Made by a program: the position numbers and the translations under genes
Assembly (NCBI GenBank): GCA_964247055.1
Contig: OZ176050.1
Span: 3,100,001 to 3,164,000, forward strand
Direction of reading: 5' to 3'
Length of the DNA stretch: 64,000 nt
Source: Paragordius varius
Lineage: Eukaryota; Animalia; Nematomorpha
Notes under the pieces: model-generated
The model's database searches: none
Told to the model about the DNA's origin: nothing
What the model saw: the letters and a program-made list of their open reading frames with translations, nothing else
Part shown: one piece after another, positions 52,741 through 64,000 of the stretch
Numbering within the stretch: the first letter of the stretch is position 1
How the letters are laid out: each line of letters begins with the position of its first letter

Positions 52741-55231
52741 GTTTAAAAACATATATAAAACTGTTTTTTTTCCTGTTTTATGTGATTGTAGTAAAAACTT
52801 AAATTAAATTACATGCTAAAAAATTTAATGCTCAAATAATACCTTGTATCAGTTGTTGTTTGACATTTTTTACTGTTGTTTGTTGACACATTCTTGAATT
52901 TGGCCAATTTATGATGAACGCCGCTAGAATTATTATTGTTAGCGTTGGGAGTAAAAGTCGAAGGGACAACTCTAATCTTCAAATTTTGCAGAGGTATAAT
53001 ACCTCGAGGTTCCTTATCCGTAGTGAATTGAAAATAATACAGACATCCATCAGCCAGCACGAACCATCGCCTTTTCCACGTTTTGTAACGACCGCCCTGT
53101 TTCCATAACCAACCCTCTTTGACCGGGTTAAAGAAAGTGTGCATCAGATCATTACCTATGAAGAAAATTAAACGCGGTCTTAGAATATATATTAACAAAA
53201 CACATATGTTTTCTTAGTTTAATATCTCATTAAATATTTTTACTTTAGACAAAGATTACTTATAGTAATCGAAATATTATAAAATTTTAGCTGAATTATA
53301 ATTGCATATATAATAAGATTCAAAATTATTTTATTAATGCTGCAATAAATGTTTAATTTTGTACTAAAGTGTTGGTAATTTTGAGTTTAAAGTTTTAATG
53401 AAAATCAATAAGTTTTCTAGTTTATATAGTTTTTTGCATTCCGCATCATTTTTTGTGAAATATCAACGTTCGTGCAAAAAACAAATTAGCCAAGAACTGT
53501 TTTTAAAAATATTTATATAAGGAGCATGACTAAAGCCAAAATAATGACTCAAACCTAAACAAAAATAATCCCGCCATTCAAAAAAACCAAAAAATATTTG
53601 CTATTGCTTGGATTAAAGATTAATGTATCAAATAAAGGCAAATTAAAAACAATCATCAATTTGTGTTGTAATTATGTGAATAATCGCTTATAAAATAACC
53701 AATCATATTAAAATAGGTGAATCATATTTATCAAATTACATAGATGAGTGGTGTAGATCTCAAATTTAATGTATAAAATGTTAAATTTTTGAATTTTATT
53801 ATAATCTGGACTATTAAAGCCAATGAATGAGCACGAAACTTTATTTTGCTTGTGCATGAAACAGTCAGATGACGGGTTAATAATTTTTAGCACTAACTAA
53901 ATCAGGAGTGTCCAACATGCAGTCCACCAAAATATTTTTGCAGCCAGCGAAAAATTTCAAATACAACATTTTACAAAATTAAGGCAAAATTGATTTTAAT
54001 ATATAATATTCTGAATTAGTGTTTCCGAATTTCGGTATTAGCAAAAATTGTTAAAAAAATATAGTAGTTTTTAGAGTTTTATGATTAACATAAATATTTG
54101 TTGTTTCCCATATATTTTGCGAATGTGGCCTGCCAATTTTTTCGAACCAAAAATGCGACTAGCGAAGCCGTTTGTGTTTGACATCCCTAAACTAAACCAC
54201 AATTCACACCTTATTGTATCGTTAAGAAAATAATATTTACCATCATCTTCAGGGATTTTGAAGGGTTCCTTCTTAATACTGTTATAAAGTGAAGTGAGCA
54301 AATGGTCCGGTAAATCATTCCCACAATCAATACCCTTGTTCATGTCCAGGAAACGTTGAAGACTCGGTTTTTCTTTGACACTCGGATTATGTAAACTCGT
54401 ATTTAGCATAATGATTGAGTAAGAAAGTATGTAGCACGTATCAGTGTGTTGAAATACGCCAGGATTACACGTGCAATAATGACGTGCAAAACATTCCATG
54501 AGTCGATCAATTTTTTGAGCCTCACCCGGGAGGCGAAAACTCCAAAGGAATTGTCGCAGAGCTTGGACCAAAATCATGTTTGTAAACTCGTGGAGTTTAA
54601 CAAAATTATTCATAACCTAGTGTATAGATGCACCATGTAACATAATATAATAAATAAAAGACATTTTTTTGTAAAAATTTTTTATTTTTTCTTAATTATT
54701 ATTATATAACCTAGATAATGATAATTGTGTATCCAACATAAAAAATATCTTACCTGTCTAATGAAAAACGATCGGTTATACAAAAAAATTAAAAGTTATG
54801 GTGTCATTAATAAATCATAAATTTTATAATATTCTTTTTTACAAATTTATTACTTGTATGTTAAAAGGTTTCTTTTCACCCAAATATTCACCTATGGCAG
54901 TTTTGTTAAGACCCTCACCATGGTACAAAAAGTATGCGACATCCTCAGCACTGGATTGGAGAATTCCATTTTCAATCATGTAAGTAATACCCTTATCTGG
55001 ATCCATATTAAATTTTTTCTTCCCTGTTGATAATTTTTTGGTGTGACTACTCATTTTATTTTCTTCTAACAAATCCATACTATCAATTTGAGCCGAAACA
55101 TCGTTTATTTCATCTTCTAGTGATTTAATTTCATCCAAAAGTTCAATTTTACGGCGCCTTATAGTGGCTAACATCTCTAAATTACTAATACTCCCATTTG
55201 ATGAGATATCTTCAGGCATTTGCACTAACAT
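50889..55231 (-). CDS. CYTH: Cytohesin (coiled coil, Sec7 and PH Arf-GEF)
   Basis: Exons 55231-54854, 54616-54241, 53155-52843, 52480-52173, 51545-51321 and 50965-50889. Motifs [58 protein letters not shown] and [15 protein letters not shown]; the final exon [10 protein letters not shown] corresponds to PFYEMLAARKK. Confidence 0.97.
51563..51869. mobile_element. MITE with 21-bp subterminal repeats (copy 4), in a cytohesin intron
   Basis: TACCATTTACAGTTCAAATTCACCCTT...GTAAATGGTA. The left arm carries the expanded 21-22 bp tandem units. Confidence 0.88.
52707..52736. repeat. (TA)n microsatellite in a cytohesin intron
   Basis: Perfect AT run. Confidence 0.85.
53903..54189. mobile_element. hAT (Charlie/Buster-type) MITE in a cytohesin intron
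   Basis: Ends CAGGAGTGTCCAAC / GTTTGACATCCCTA. TSD AACTAAAT / AACTAAAC. Confidence 0.8.
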
Positions 55232-55302
55232 AGGGATAAAAGAATGTGCGACACAAACGAACAAAGCAAATGATAAGCATGTAAATTTTAAAAGCTTTTC
55301 TA
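55232..55302. promoter_or_regulatory. Putative bidirectional promoter, cytohesin/dynein LIC
   Basis: 71 nt separate the inferred divergent ATGs (55231 on minus, 55303 on plus). Confidence 0.55.
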
Positions 55303-58300
55303 ATGCCGACCACTGTTATACCAAGCGATAGTATTTGGTTTGCTTCCAAATTTTATAATTTTAAAGGACTGAAATATTAAATGAAATCTGTGAAAATTCA
55401 AAACCAAGACTCCCCTCTGGAAAAAGTGTCCTTTTGTTAGGTGATTACGGATCTGGTAAATCATCTTTATTATGCAAACTTAAAAACGTTTCTGAATTAC
55501 CAAAGCGGTACATTTTAGGCTATGATACTTTGGAAGTTACAGATGAAGAAAATGACGGTAGTTTATATTTTAAATGATTTATTTTATAACTTTATATTAC
55601 TATTAGAATGTTTAATAGTGCCTAAATTTTGATTTAATTTTTGGAAGTTTAAGGAACCGTGAGTTAAAACTCAAAGCGTCTATTTTTTTTTATTTGTTCT
55701 AATATTAAAGGAAACTGCAGTCATATATCCTATATTTTATCAAAAATTTTTTTTTTCGTCAAATGGGTATAAATATAGAGCTCTATGGTAATTTTTATAC
55801 TTTTTTGATAAATATGATATTGTTAATACCATAGAGCTCTTGTTTTTCCATTGTTTACAAAATATTTTACCCAATTAACGAAAAAAAATAAATTACAAGA
55901 CTGTAATTATATAATTTTGCGTATATTGGCCCACAAGCATCCCATTTATATTACTACATAGTATGAAACAATATTATTTTATGATTTAGAATCATTGCTT
56001 ATGCGATACAGCTTATTTAGTTATTTGAACTGAGCTGAAAAATTCATTTAAAAAACATTATATTTTGATCATTCTTTAAATAAGAAATTATATTTTATTA
56101 GAGCTTTTTTAAAGAACCCTTCTTATTTTCCTATCGAGAATTATATCTTTTTGGAAATATCAGATATGTAAAGTTTTTTAAATCGTTAGCATTTAGTTTT
56201 TTAAAAACCATTTCATAATTGTTTGTATATTTGTTTTAAACTACAAAACAAGACTTAGGTCAAAATTAAAACTATTATATAATTAGTTTTTGGTTGAAAT
56301 TCAAAGCCTGTGGTTATATTAACACAATTTCGCCATTAAAAAATTTTAGATTCTGCCTTTATGGGTTTATGGATTGGTGATGACTGTTGCAAAGTTCAAG
56401 GGAAAACAATGAACGATGAAACAACACATTTTGGTGTTGAGGATGAATTAAAACCAGATTTGCCTGAAATGTTGGAATCAAGCTTGATAACAGCACTGAA
56501 TGCCAAATCTTTCGATAATTTTGTCATTTTGCTCGTGGTTACAATGTCAAATCCATGGGATATGTTAGATTCTTTGCATCGCTGGTTAACATTCTTAGAA
56601 AACTACATTGAATCTAAATTAGTTGATAGACAACAAAAAACCGGAATTAATAATAATGTTAACGATAATAGTGGCCAAAATGACAAAATTAATAATGTCA
56701 ACACTGAGTCAGAAAAACCATATTTTATGAGCATTCAAGATCCGTGGGACGAGGACGTTGTACTTAAAGACAATGAAAAATTTGATTTCGAGTTGCCAAT
56801 GTCGCAAACTCAATGGCAGGAACACAAGGATAAATGTATTCTATAATTCGTATAAAAGCTTATATTTTTTAATTTAATTTAAACTTTTTATTTTCGTTCA
56901 ATAAAAATGAAAATGAATTCTTAAAATTGATATTTTCTTTCGAATTTTGCATAACATTCTTTAAAGTCTACTAAATAAATTTTTTGTTATCAGTAATTCA
57001 ACGATTTGCCATGTATTGTGAAAAGTCGAGCAGAAATATACCTGGTACCTTACAACAACTACAACACCAACTCCATAATAAGAAGGGTAGTAAAGAATCA
57101 ACCATGGTTTTGGATGAAACTGCAATCTCACTTATGTTACAAGATGTAAATTTATTAACCAAAAATTTGGGCCTGCCCATTTTGGTTGTATTAACAAAGG
57201 TAAAATTTATCTTTATTTGTTAATATAAATTTATAAATTTGCCTTTGAATCATTTGATATATTGCTTAATTGCGCCTAAAATTGTTTGTCAACTTTTGAA
57301 GTTTTAGATTGGTTTAAAACATTTTAATTATATATACAGCATTTGTTAAAAAAATTACAAACAACTTTTGAACAATAATATTTTAATAAGCTATCGTTTG
57401 CATTTCAATGTTTTTCATACAATTATTTATTGCATATATACCGCGTATATCATTAAAGTGTACAAGATATAACATTATATTTGTTAATTACACTGCTCAA
57501 CAAGGTTTTGCACCACCCCATTATTTTTGCATTTTCTGATACCTAATGGCATGGAAAGGCCAAAACAAAAAAGAAAATTGAGTCCACCAATAAGATTTTT
57601 CCGAAATTTAATTTTTAAATTTGTATTTAATTTAAAAATAACAATCATTCCTCGTGTACATAAGTTTAAATATTCAAACGAACAAGTCAATACAAGTAAT
57701 ATTCCATGCATGAATAACAAAATTCTAGGCATTAAATAAGATACTAAACAAGCTAAGAGCCAAAGTATTAAAAATCTAAAAGGGGCTTATGTACAGTGTG
57801 ATAGATCCGGGCGGCTGCACAAGCTCTGCATATCCCCCAAGCGATTCAATTATGCCAGATATGGCAAAGATAACAATAATTAATCGTAAAGCCCGATAAG
57901 AGAGACTTGCAAGCAAAATCCAGGCAAATTGACATGTCAAATTAACCAATTCACAGAATAAAGTTAGATAAATTCTACAATTAAATTGAATAAAAAGATA
58001 GGTAAATACAAATGGTCCAATCCCATAATAGTAAATTCTACTAAAAGTGGCTACACAACATCCATCTGAAATTAAAAATACAAAACAACCAATAATTTTA
58101 AAAAATAAAGTATATCCACTAGGTATAAATAAAGGATTTTTTGTAAGAACCAACTTAAGAAAAAAAAGCCTAATAAGTACTCGAAAGAACGAAAACTAAC
58201 AAAAAAAATATAGCCTATCTGAAAGCCGAAGGTTTAAACCATAGAATGCCTTTTTTAGTATTTTTTTAAAATTTTTTTATACGTATCAAAAATTCACTTG

Positions 58301-61297
58301 AAAGAAAAAGACTAAATTTTGACGTTTAAGTCCGTACTATTTTTTTCTCTCTGATATTTAAATGACATATTTATATTCAAAAGATAGAGTTTAAAACGCT
58401 TTAATAAATGATATTAGATTTATAAAATAATAACATTTTATTATAAAGTTATATTTAATTTTCTCTCGATTTTCTGTTTTTGAAAAATTGAAAAACCTAT
58501 AATATTTCAATCTGATTGGCGGGATCAGAAATTTTTTCACATTCGGTTTTAAAACACTCTAATTAGTCATAATTTAAAAGTTTGAGTGGTGGTGCTCAAA
58601 AATGTCCAAATTTGTCGACTAGTGTTATGTAAATAAGTATAATTTTAATTATATTTTATTATTTATAAATATTTTTTTATAAAATTATACAATAACAAAT
58701 TTTAGACCGATCTAATGAAAGATCTTAAGGTAAACTGCGATTTCACAAATGAAATGTTTGATTACATGCAACTGATGCTTCGAAGAATATGCTTAAATTG
58801 TAAGTCTTTTATCATATAGACTTTAATTAATATCTAAAATAATTTTGTGAAATATTTTCTTTCTTAACTTTTAACAATTTACAACATATTTTCAAGAAAA
58901 TCAAAAAAGCGGTCATTTTCTTGATCAATTTATAAGCATATTTTGAGTTATTTAAAAACTCTTGCAATAGTTACCATTTATTTTTGAAAGAAAATAGTAC
59001 AATATAAAATTTTATAGATGGGGCTGGACTTATTTATACATCTTGTTTGGAAGATATAAATTGTGATGTCCTCAAACATTATCTCATACACCTTTTATAT
59101 GGGTTTCCATTTGATCAACCACCCAAAATTATTGAAAATGAATCAATATTTATGTAACTTTTATATTTTTAAATTTAATTTTATTGCAGTTTTTTTATCA
59201 TATCATAAATTAAGGATATATATTAATTATAAATTCTAATGAATTTAAATTTTAAAACTTTATAATATTTATAAAGTTTATATAGGATTTTACCGCTACG
59301 CATCGAAATTTGGATAATTTCAAATTTTTTTATACGAATAAACTTAAAATTGTCAAAAAATTTTGACAAATAAAATTATTTAATTTTATTGTAAATTTGG
59401 TGGCGGTATAAAATTAAATTAAAGTATATTTAAATTTTTCTATTTTTTATGATATTGCCCCAGTATTATTTTTTTGCCCAATATTCTTTATTAAGTTGAT
59501 ATAACAAACCCTTAAAATTTGTTTTATTATTATTTTGGATAATTTTTTTTAGCTTTATTACTATTTGTTAATTGATATTTTAGTCCAATAGGCTGGGATA
59601 CGACCAAAAAAATATCAATACTTATTGACAGTTTGTCCAACATAAATCCAGACTCAGAATACCGCGATGTTTTGGGGCCACATCCATTCAAAGAAGTATT
59701 TAAAAAAGAAGGATTTTTGATAATATTTATCCTAAATGATTATGTTTATGTCCAATATTTTTTTACAATATAACACTATAATTCAAATTCACCCTAAAAA
59801 TAAATCATAGGGTTAAAATAACTCATATAAAAATATATTCTTATGTGGCATAGTTTATTATTTTTTCAGTATTATATTAATTTTATACGAACATTTTTTA
59901 AAAATATAAAAAATTATAGGTATTTTTTTAATCCTAAAAACACATAATTTATTTTAGGGTTAAGTTTGAGGGTGAATTTGAATTATAAATGGTCTATTAT
60001 TTTTCTCTATTAGAAACCTTTGATCAAGCCGCTAATTCAACCAGAAGATGAACAAACATTTTTGGCTCGAATGCATACACTTTTGCAACAAACCATAAAA
60101 AGCAGAAATGTAAATTTCAAAATAATTTATTTTTATCTTTTTTTTAAAAAAAAAGTTGTTGAAATATTAATATTTATAAAATATTTATTATGTTTTGCCT
60201 TTAATTATAGCAAGACACCCCAATACAGAAAGGTAACCTGGGGAGTTTGATGCCAAAAACAGCTACAACTATAAGACCTTCTCCTGTTTCGTCCCTTATG
60301 AATACACCTTCCCAAAAAGTTATTGCACAATTTATTTAAAAATTTTAATTATTATATGGAATATTTCACAAAATTTTATATTAGACAATTTTCAGGACTT
60401 TACTAGCATATTTTTTCTTAACTTAGATTTAAAAAGCGAACATAAGGTTTCAAAGTTGTTTTTGCATTTAACCAAATAAGGTTCATCGACCTATTACTTT
60501 TTCACAATTAATGTACTTATTAAAACGTTTTTCATATTGAAATGTTTCTCAATCAAAATGGTAAATCGCTTTATTGCCGGGACCTATGCACTCATTATTT
60601 TAATCCATCATTTAACATTTCGACCCTCGATTGAAATAGGAAATCGCTTCATTTTGAAAAATATTTCTGAAAATTTGTATTTTTGACCTTTAATATAAGG
60701 CATATTATCAAAGAATGTTACATTTACAAATTAGCTATAATTATATCTACAAATTTTAGCTAAATAAAATGTTGTATGGTGTCAGTGGGGATGGAAGCAA
60801 TACACCCTTGAATACAACGCTGACCAATATGTCAAACATATCTGCAAATTCAACTATGGATCAATCTATGCTTTCATCTAGCATGCTATTGAATAATCAT
60901 AATACCTCTTCGATTATGAGTACACCTAATCATTCCTTGCTAAGTAATGCCAGCAGTGTTGGAAATTCGGAATCTAACTCTGAACGTGTCCTTATACAAT
61001 TTTTCAATAACCTTCTTAACAAGGGAACTAATAACTTCACAACTAATGTTAATACCCATAATACTAGTTCAACTAGTTCTTTAACAAAAACTCCCTTACT
61101 TAATGTGAATAATGTTTCGGCAGTTGAATCAAAAGGTGGGAATGTTGTTTAAAGCATTTAAGCGGTTTTTTATGATCATTTTATAAATGTTAATATTATT
61201 TTTTAACCTATTAGCCAGTTCTTCTGACGATGATAATGAACCCAATAAAACCACTGAAAACTCATTTACTGTGCCTAAAGATGAAAATCAACAGTGA
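55303..61297 (+). CDS. DYNC1LI: Cytoplasmic dynein 1 light intermediate chain
   Basis: Exons 55303-55337, 55367-55557, 56350-56835, 56994-57199, 58706-58799, 59018-59153, 59584-59695, 60014-60109, 60211-60318, 60760-61135 and 61215-61297. Motifs IWTEILNEI, P-loop LLLGDYGSGKSSL, LGLPILVVLTKTD, CLNYGAGLIYTS, IFIPIGWD, EDEQTFL and the amphipathic RVLIQFFNNLLNK helix. Confidence 0.95.
59774..59994. mobile_element. MITE with 21-bp subterminal repeats (copy 5, degenerate), in a DLIC intron
   Basis: ATTCAAATTCACCCTAAAAATAAA left arm and GAGGGTGAATTTGAATTATAAATGG right arm, with the same core as copy 1. Confidence 0.75.
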
Positions 61298-61835
61298 AAA
61301 AATTTATATTTTATCCATATACTTGTTGCTTAATAAATTTAAGTTCGTGGCTTATTTGTTTCTCTATTGGGTTAATTAGTTATTTATGCAGTAATGGCTA
61401 AACCCATATAGTTGTTGCAATATTATTGGTAATTTAAACGGATAAATTTGATATTCATATTTTGTACAAATGACGTATTAGCTTTGAAAAAAACTATTTT
61501 ACTGCATAACTCTTTCCGCACAAAGAGATTTCTGCATCCAATGATAGTTGATGATATTTTATAATAAATGAATATACTAGCTGTGCTCTGCGCATGGCAT
61601 GAAATATTTTTTATGCATCTGGTTACCCGTTCTCATCAAAAGTTGTATGTAATAAAATTGGGCTTAGTTTGTATAGAAAAATTAGAATATTATTTGTAAT
61701 TTAAACATATTATTTGTGGTGTCAATGGTTATGAAATTTATATGACATTTGAAAGAAAAAAAATGTCATCCGATTTGATTAAATATAAAATTTGGCATTT
61801 GGCTAAGATTTGTTATTTTATATTTAATAGGATTT

Positions 61836-63146
61836 TTACTTTAATTTATTTACCCAAATATTATTTGTATGAGTATAATTATATTGTAAATAAATAGCTT
61901 GCCATAAATACATGTGTTGTTCAAGGGAATTTATATCAGTAAAAAATGTAAAATTTCTAATTGCTTTAATGGGTAAAGTATATACACTGATTTGAAAATT
62001 TTTCCAATACCTTGCATTATATTTTATATGTTTAATTATGGTAGGATTTATTTCATTTATGTTTTGTAGTGTAAAGAACCTTTTCTTTTTAACTTTTTCG
62101 ATCAAAATGCCTGTTATAAAAACATCTTCATTTTTGAGCGGTTTTGCACCATGTGACACGTTAAGGAGTTTTGAGATTATTTCAGAATCTGTTGGCAATA
62201 AATAGGCTGAACCAAGACAAAAATTGGGGTAAGGACCTAGGAAGGGCCATTCCACAAATGAAACATAATTTTTATGTCTAACATCACGAATTGGGAACCA
62301 ATTCTCAGCCACATCGCATATAAAAGCATTAGATTTTGAGGCAAAACCTTCTGGGACTTTTGGGAAAGTCGTTTTGGTAGTAGATGTATTGCTGACACTT
62401 TGGGTTAAAATATTAATTGGTTTATTATCTAAGGGCATTTTATCGCTAAAATAATCTTTGAGTAATAAAGGTATGTTGGGGAATGTATCATCATCTATCT
62501 TCAAAATTAATGGTTGGAAAACATTTTTACGCTTCTGGAAAAAGGAGACGTGTTGATTTAATTTATGAGCATACATAATACCGAGTATAGTTTTGTAAGG
62601 TAAATGCTTATAATTATCATCAAAATTGGCTTGTAACATGTCATTATACATTTCATTTTCATAATCCAATTTTGTATTGTAATAATTTTGTAAATAATCA
62701 TGTCTGTGTTCTGGAACCAAATTACCTACCAAGAATACATGTTTTACAGTTATTGTACATTTCATTGTTAAATTTTTACGGCTATTATTGGATGGCAAGT
62801 TTATTTCATATGACTCTTTGGCTAGCCATGTACTCCTAATCAATTTTCGCCGTAAAAAATTTAAGGATTTCGACAAAATCACAATGATTAATAAGTTTTG
62901 TTCACGCATTTTTTTGTATTGTTCAACGGTGTGCGTCGGTTGACGTATTATTTGAACATTGGTTAAGTTTAACAGAGTTATTGGTTTTTGGTAGGCAAAA
63001 ACATAAGTATATTGTTGGTCAGCAGCCTTATCCCTATTTTGTCCGGGCGAAGTCCTTAAGTAAATTAAGGGGATAAACCATAAATTGCTTTCATACACAT
63101 AATAGATAATTGTAAAAATCAATAACAATCCAAAATATCGAAACAT
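61836..63146 (-). CDS. Intronless beta-1,3-galactosyltransferase/GlcNAc-transferase family protein (GT31), 436 aa
   Basis: Type II membrane anchor, then RRKLIRSTW, ENEMYNDMLQANFDDNYKHLPYK, LKIDDDTF (DxD), PIRD..KNYVS..YPNFCLGSAYLL and EDVFITG. Confidence 0.93.
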   Translation of the reverse strand: MFRYFGLLLIFTIIYYVYESNLWFIPLIYLRTSPGQNRDKAADQQYTYVFAYQKPITLLNLTNVQIIRQPTHTVEQYKKMREQNLLIIVILSKSLNFLRRKLIRSTWLAKESYEINLPSNNSRKNLTMKCTITVKHVFLVGNLVPEHRHDYLQNYYNTKLDYENEMYNDMLQANFDDNYKHLPYKTILGIMYAHKLNQHVSFFQKRKNVFQPLILKIDDDTFPNIPLLLKDYFSDKMPLDNKPINILTQSVSNTSTTKTTFPKVPEGFASKSNAFICDVAENWFPIRDVRHKNYVSFVEWPFLGPYPNFCLGSAYLLPTDSEIISKLLNVSHGAKPLKNEDVFITGILIEKVKKKRFFTLQNINEINPTIIKHIKYNARYWKNFQISVYTLPIKAIRNFTFFTDINSLEQHMYLWQAIYLQYNYTHTNNIWVNKLK

Positions 63147-64000
63147 TTCAATTAATTTATAGGATTAAGCCTACGTCGATATGTTTTGTAATGCTGATTC
63201 GATATAATAATAGGTATTTTATTAATAAGCTAACTGCTATCAAAAACATCCTAGTTCAATGGCCAAAAATTCGAAAAAAACAAAAAATTTGTACTCACTA
63301 ATCCAATGTCAAATTATTTTTTGGCTAAAATATCTTATTTATTGTGGTTATAACTGATATATAAAAATATTAGGTGTAAATTTTTAATCATTTACACTTT
63401 CATATGGTGTGGTAAAGTTTTATATCACTTTATTTGATACAAATAAATGAAAAGCTTATCAACAATATTTAGCAGATATAATAACATATTTTTTATCTTC
63501 AGGCTATTTCGAAAAATTGCGCGGCCATTAAGGTCAAGTAAGATGGTGACAAAGAAAAGTAATATGTGCTATATATCCGAATTTCAGGGCACAAACTTAA
63601 AAGACCTAAAAAGCAAACGTGTAGGAATAGGTGCTTCATGATAAAATCCGCTTAAAAATATATTTCCTTGTATATATGACAGTAGAATCGTGTGTTGGCT
63701 GTCTGCAGGCTAAAAAATTATCATTGTATTTCCTTATTTATGAAATATAACAGATTCGATTTAGCTAAATAATGCAATGCCCTTTTTACAACCGATTTCA
63801 TTTAGGTCAAGGCGCTCCAATATTACAATATTTAAAAAGGCAGATTTAAATATGGAAAAAAAAATAAAATGTTGTGTTTAGTTTCAGTACAGCTGTCAAG
63901 CCAAGGCTTTTAAACCACCTTCTCTGCATCATATGGTTATAATTCTATCGTTAAAAAGAATTACTGTTTCTTCTCGTTTATCCTAAAATGTTATTTTAAA

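Noticed and set aside
63447-63641. Short ORF or possible exon near the window end
   Set aside because: No recognisable homology or linked exons within the window.

Overview
Very AT-rich eukaryotic (metazoan) genomic DNA using the standard genetic code and GT-AG introns. Exon-by-exon reading supports nine protein-coding genes: two divergently oriented annexins (the left one truncated by the window edge), RPLP0 head-to-head with TTC7, a secreted GH18 chitinase, an intronless class A peptide-receptor-like GPCR, NUS1, and cytohesin head-to-head with dynein light intermediate chain. A tenth, an intronless GT31 beta-1,3-glycosyltransferase, closes the window. Introns are bimodal: many are only 23-32 nt, alongside introns of about 0.1-1.5 kb. 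This suggests a small-intron invertebrate, possibly parasitic (dicyemid, orthonectid or myxozoan-like; inference only). Intergenic DNA and long introns carry many decayed transposons: hAT elements with 8-bp TSDs, piggyBac-like TTAA MITEs, a Helentron/HINE-like element, Penelope and RTE relics, and a frequent MITE with 21-bp subterminal repeats. The most unusual structure is a TSD-bounded hAT element carrying a tail-to-tail antisense, internally deleted copy of its own transposase, a potential hairpin-RNA silencer. All coordinates were counted by hand and alignments judged by eye; no databases were searched.
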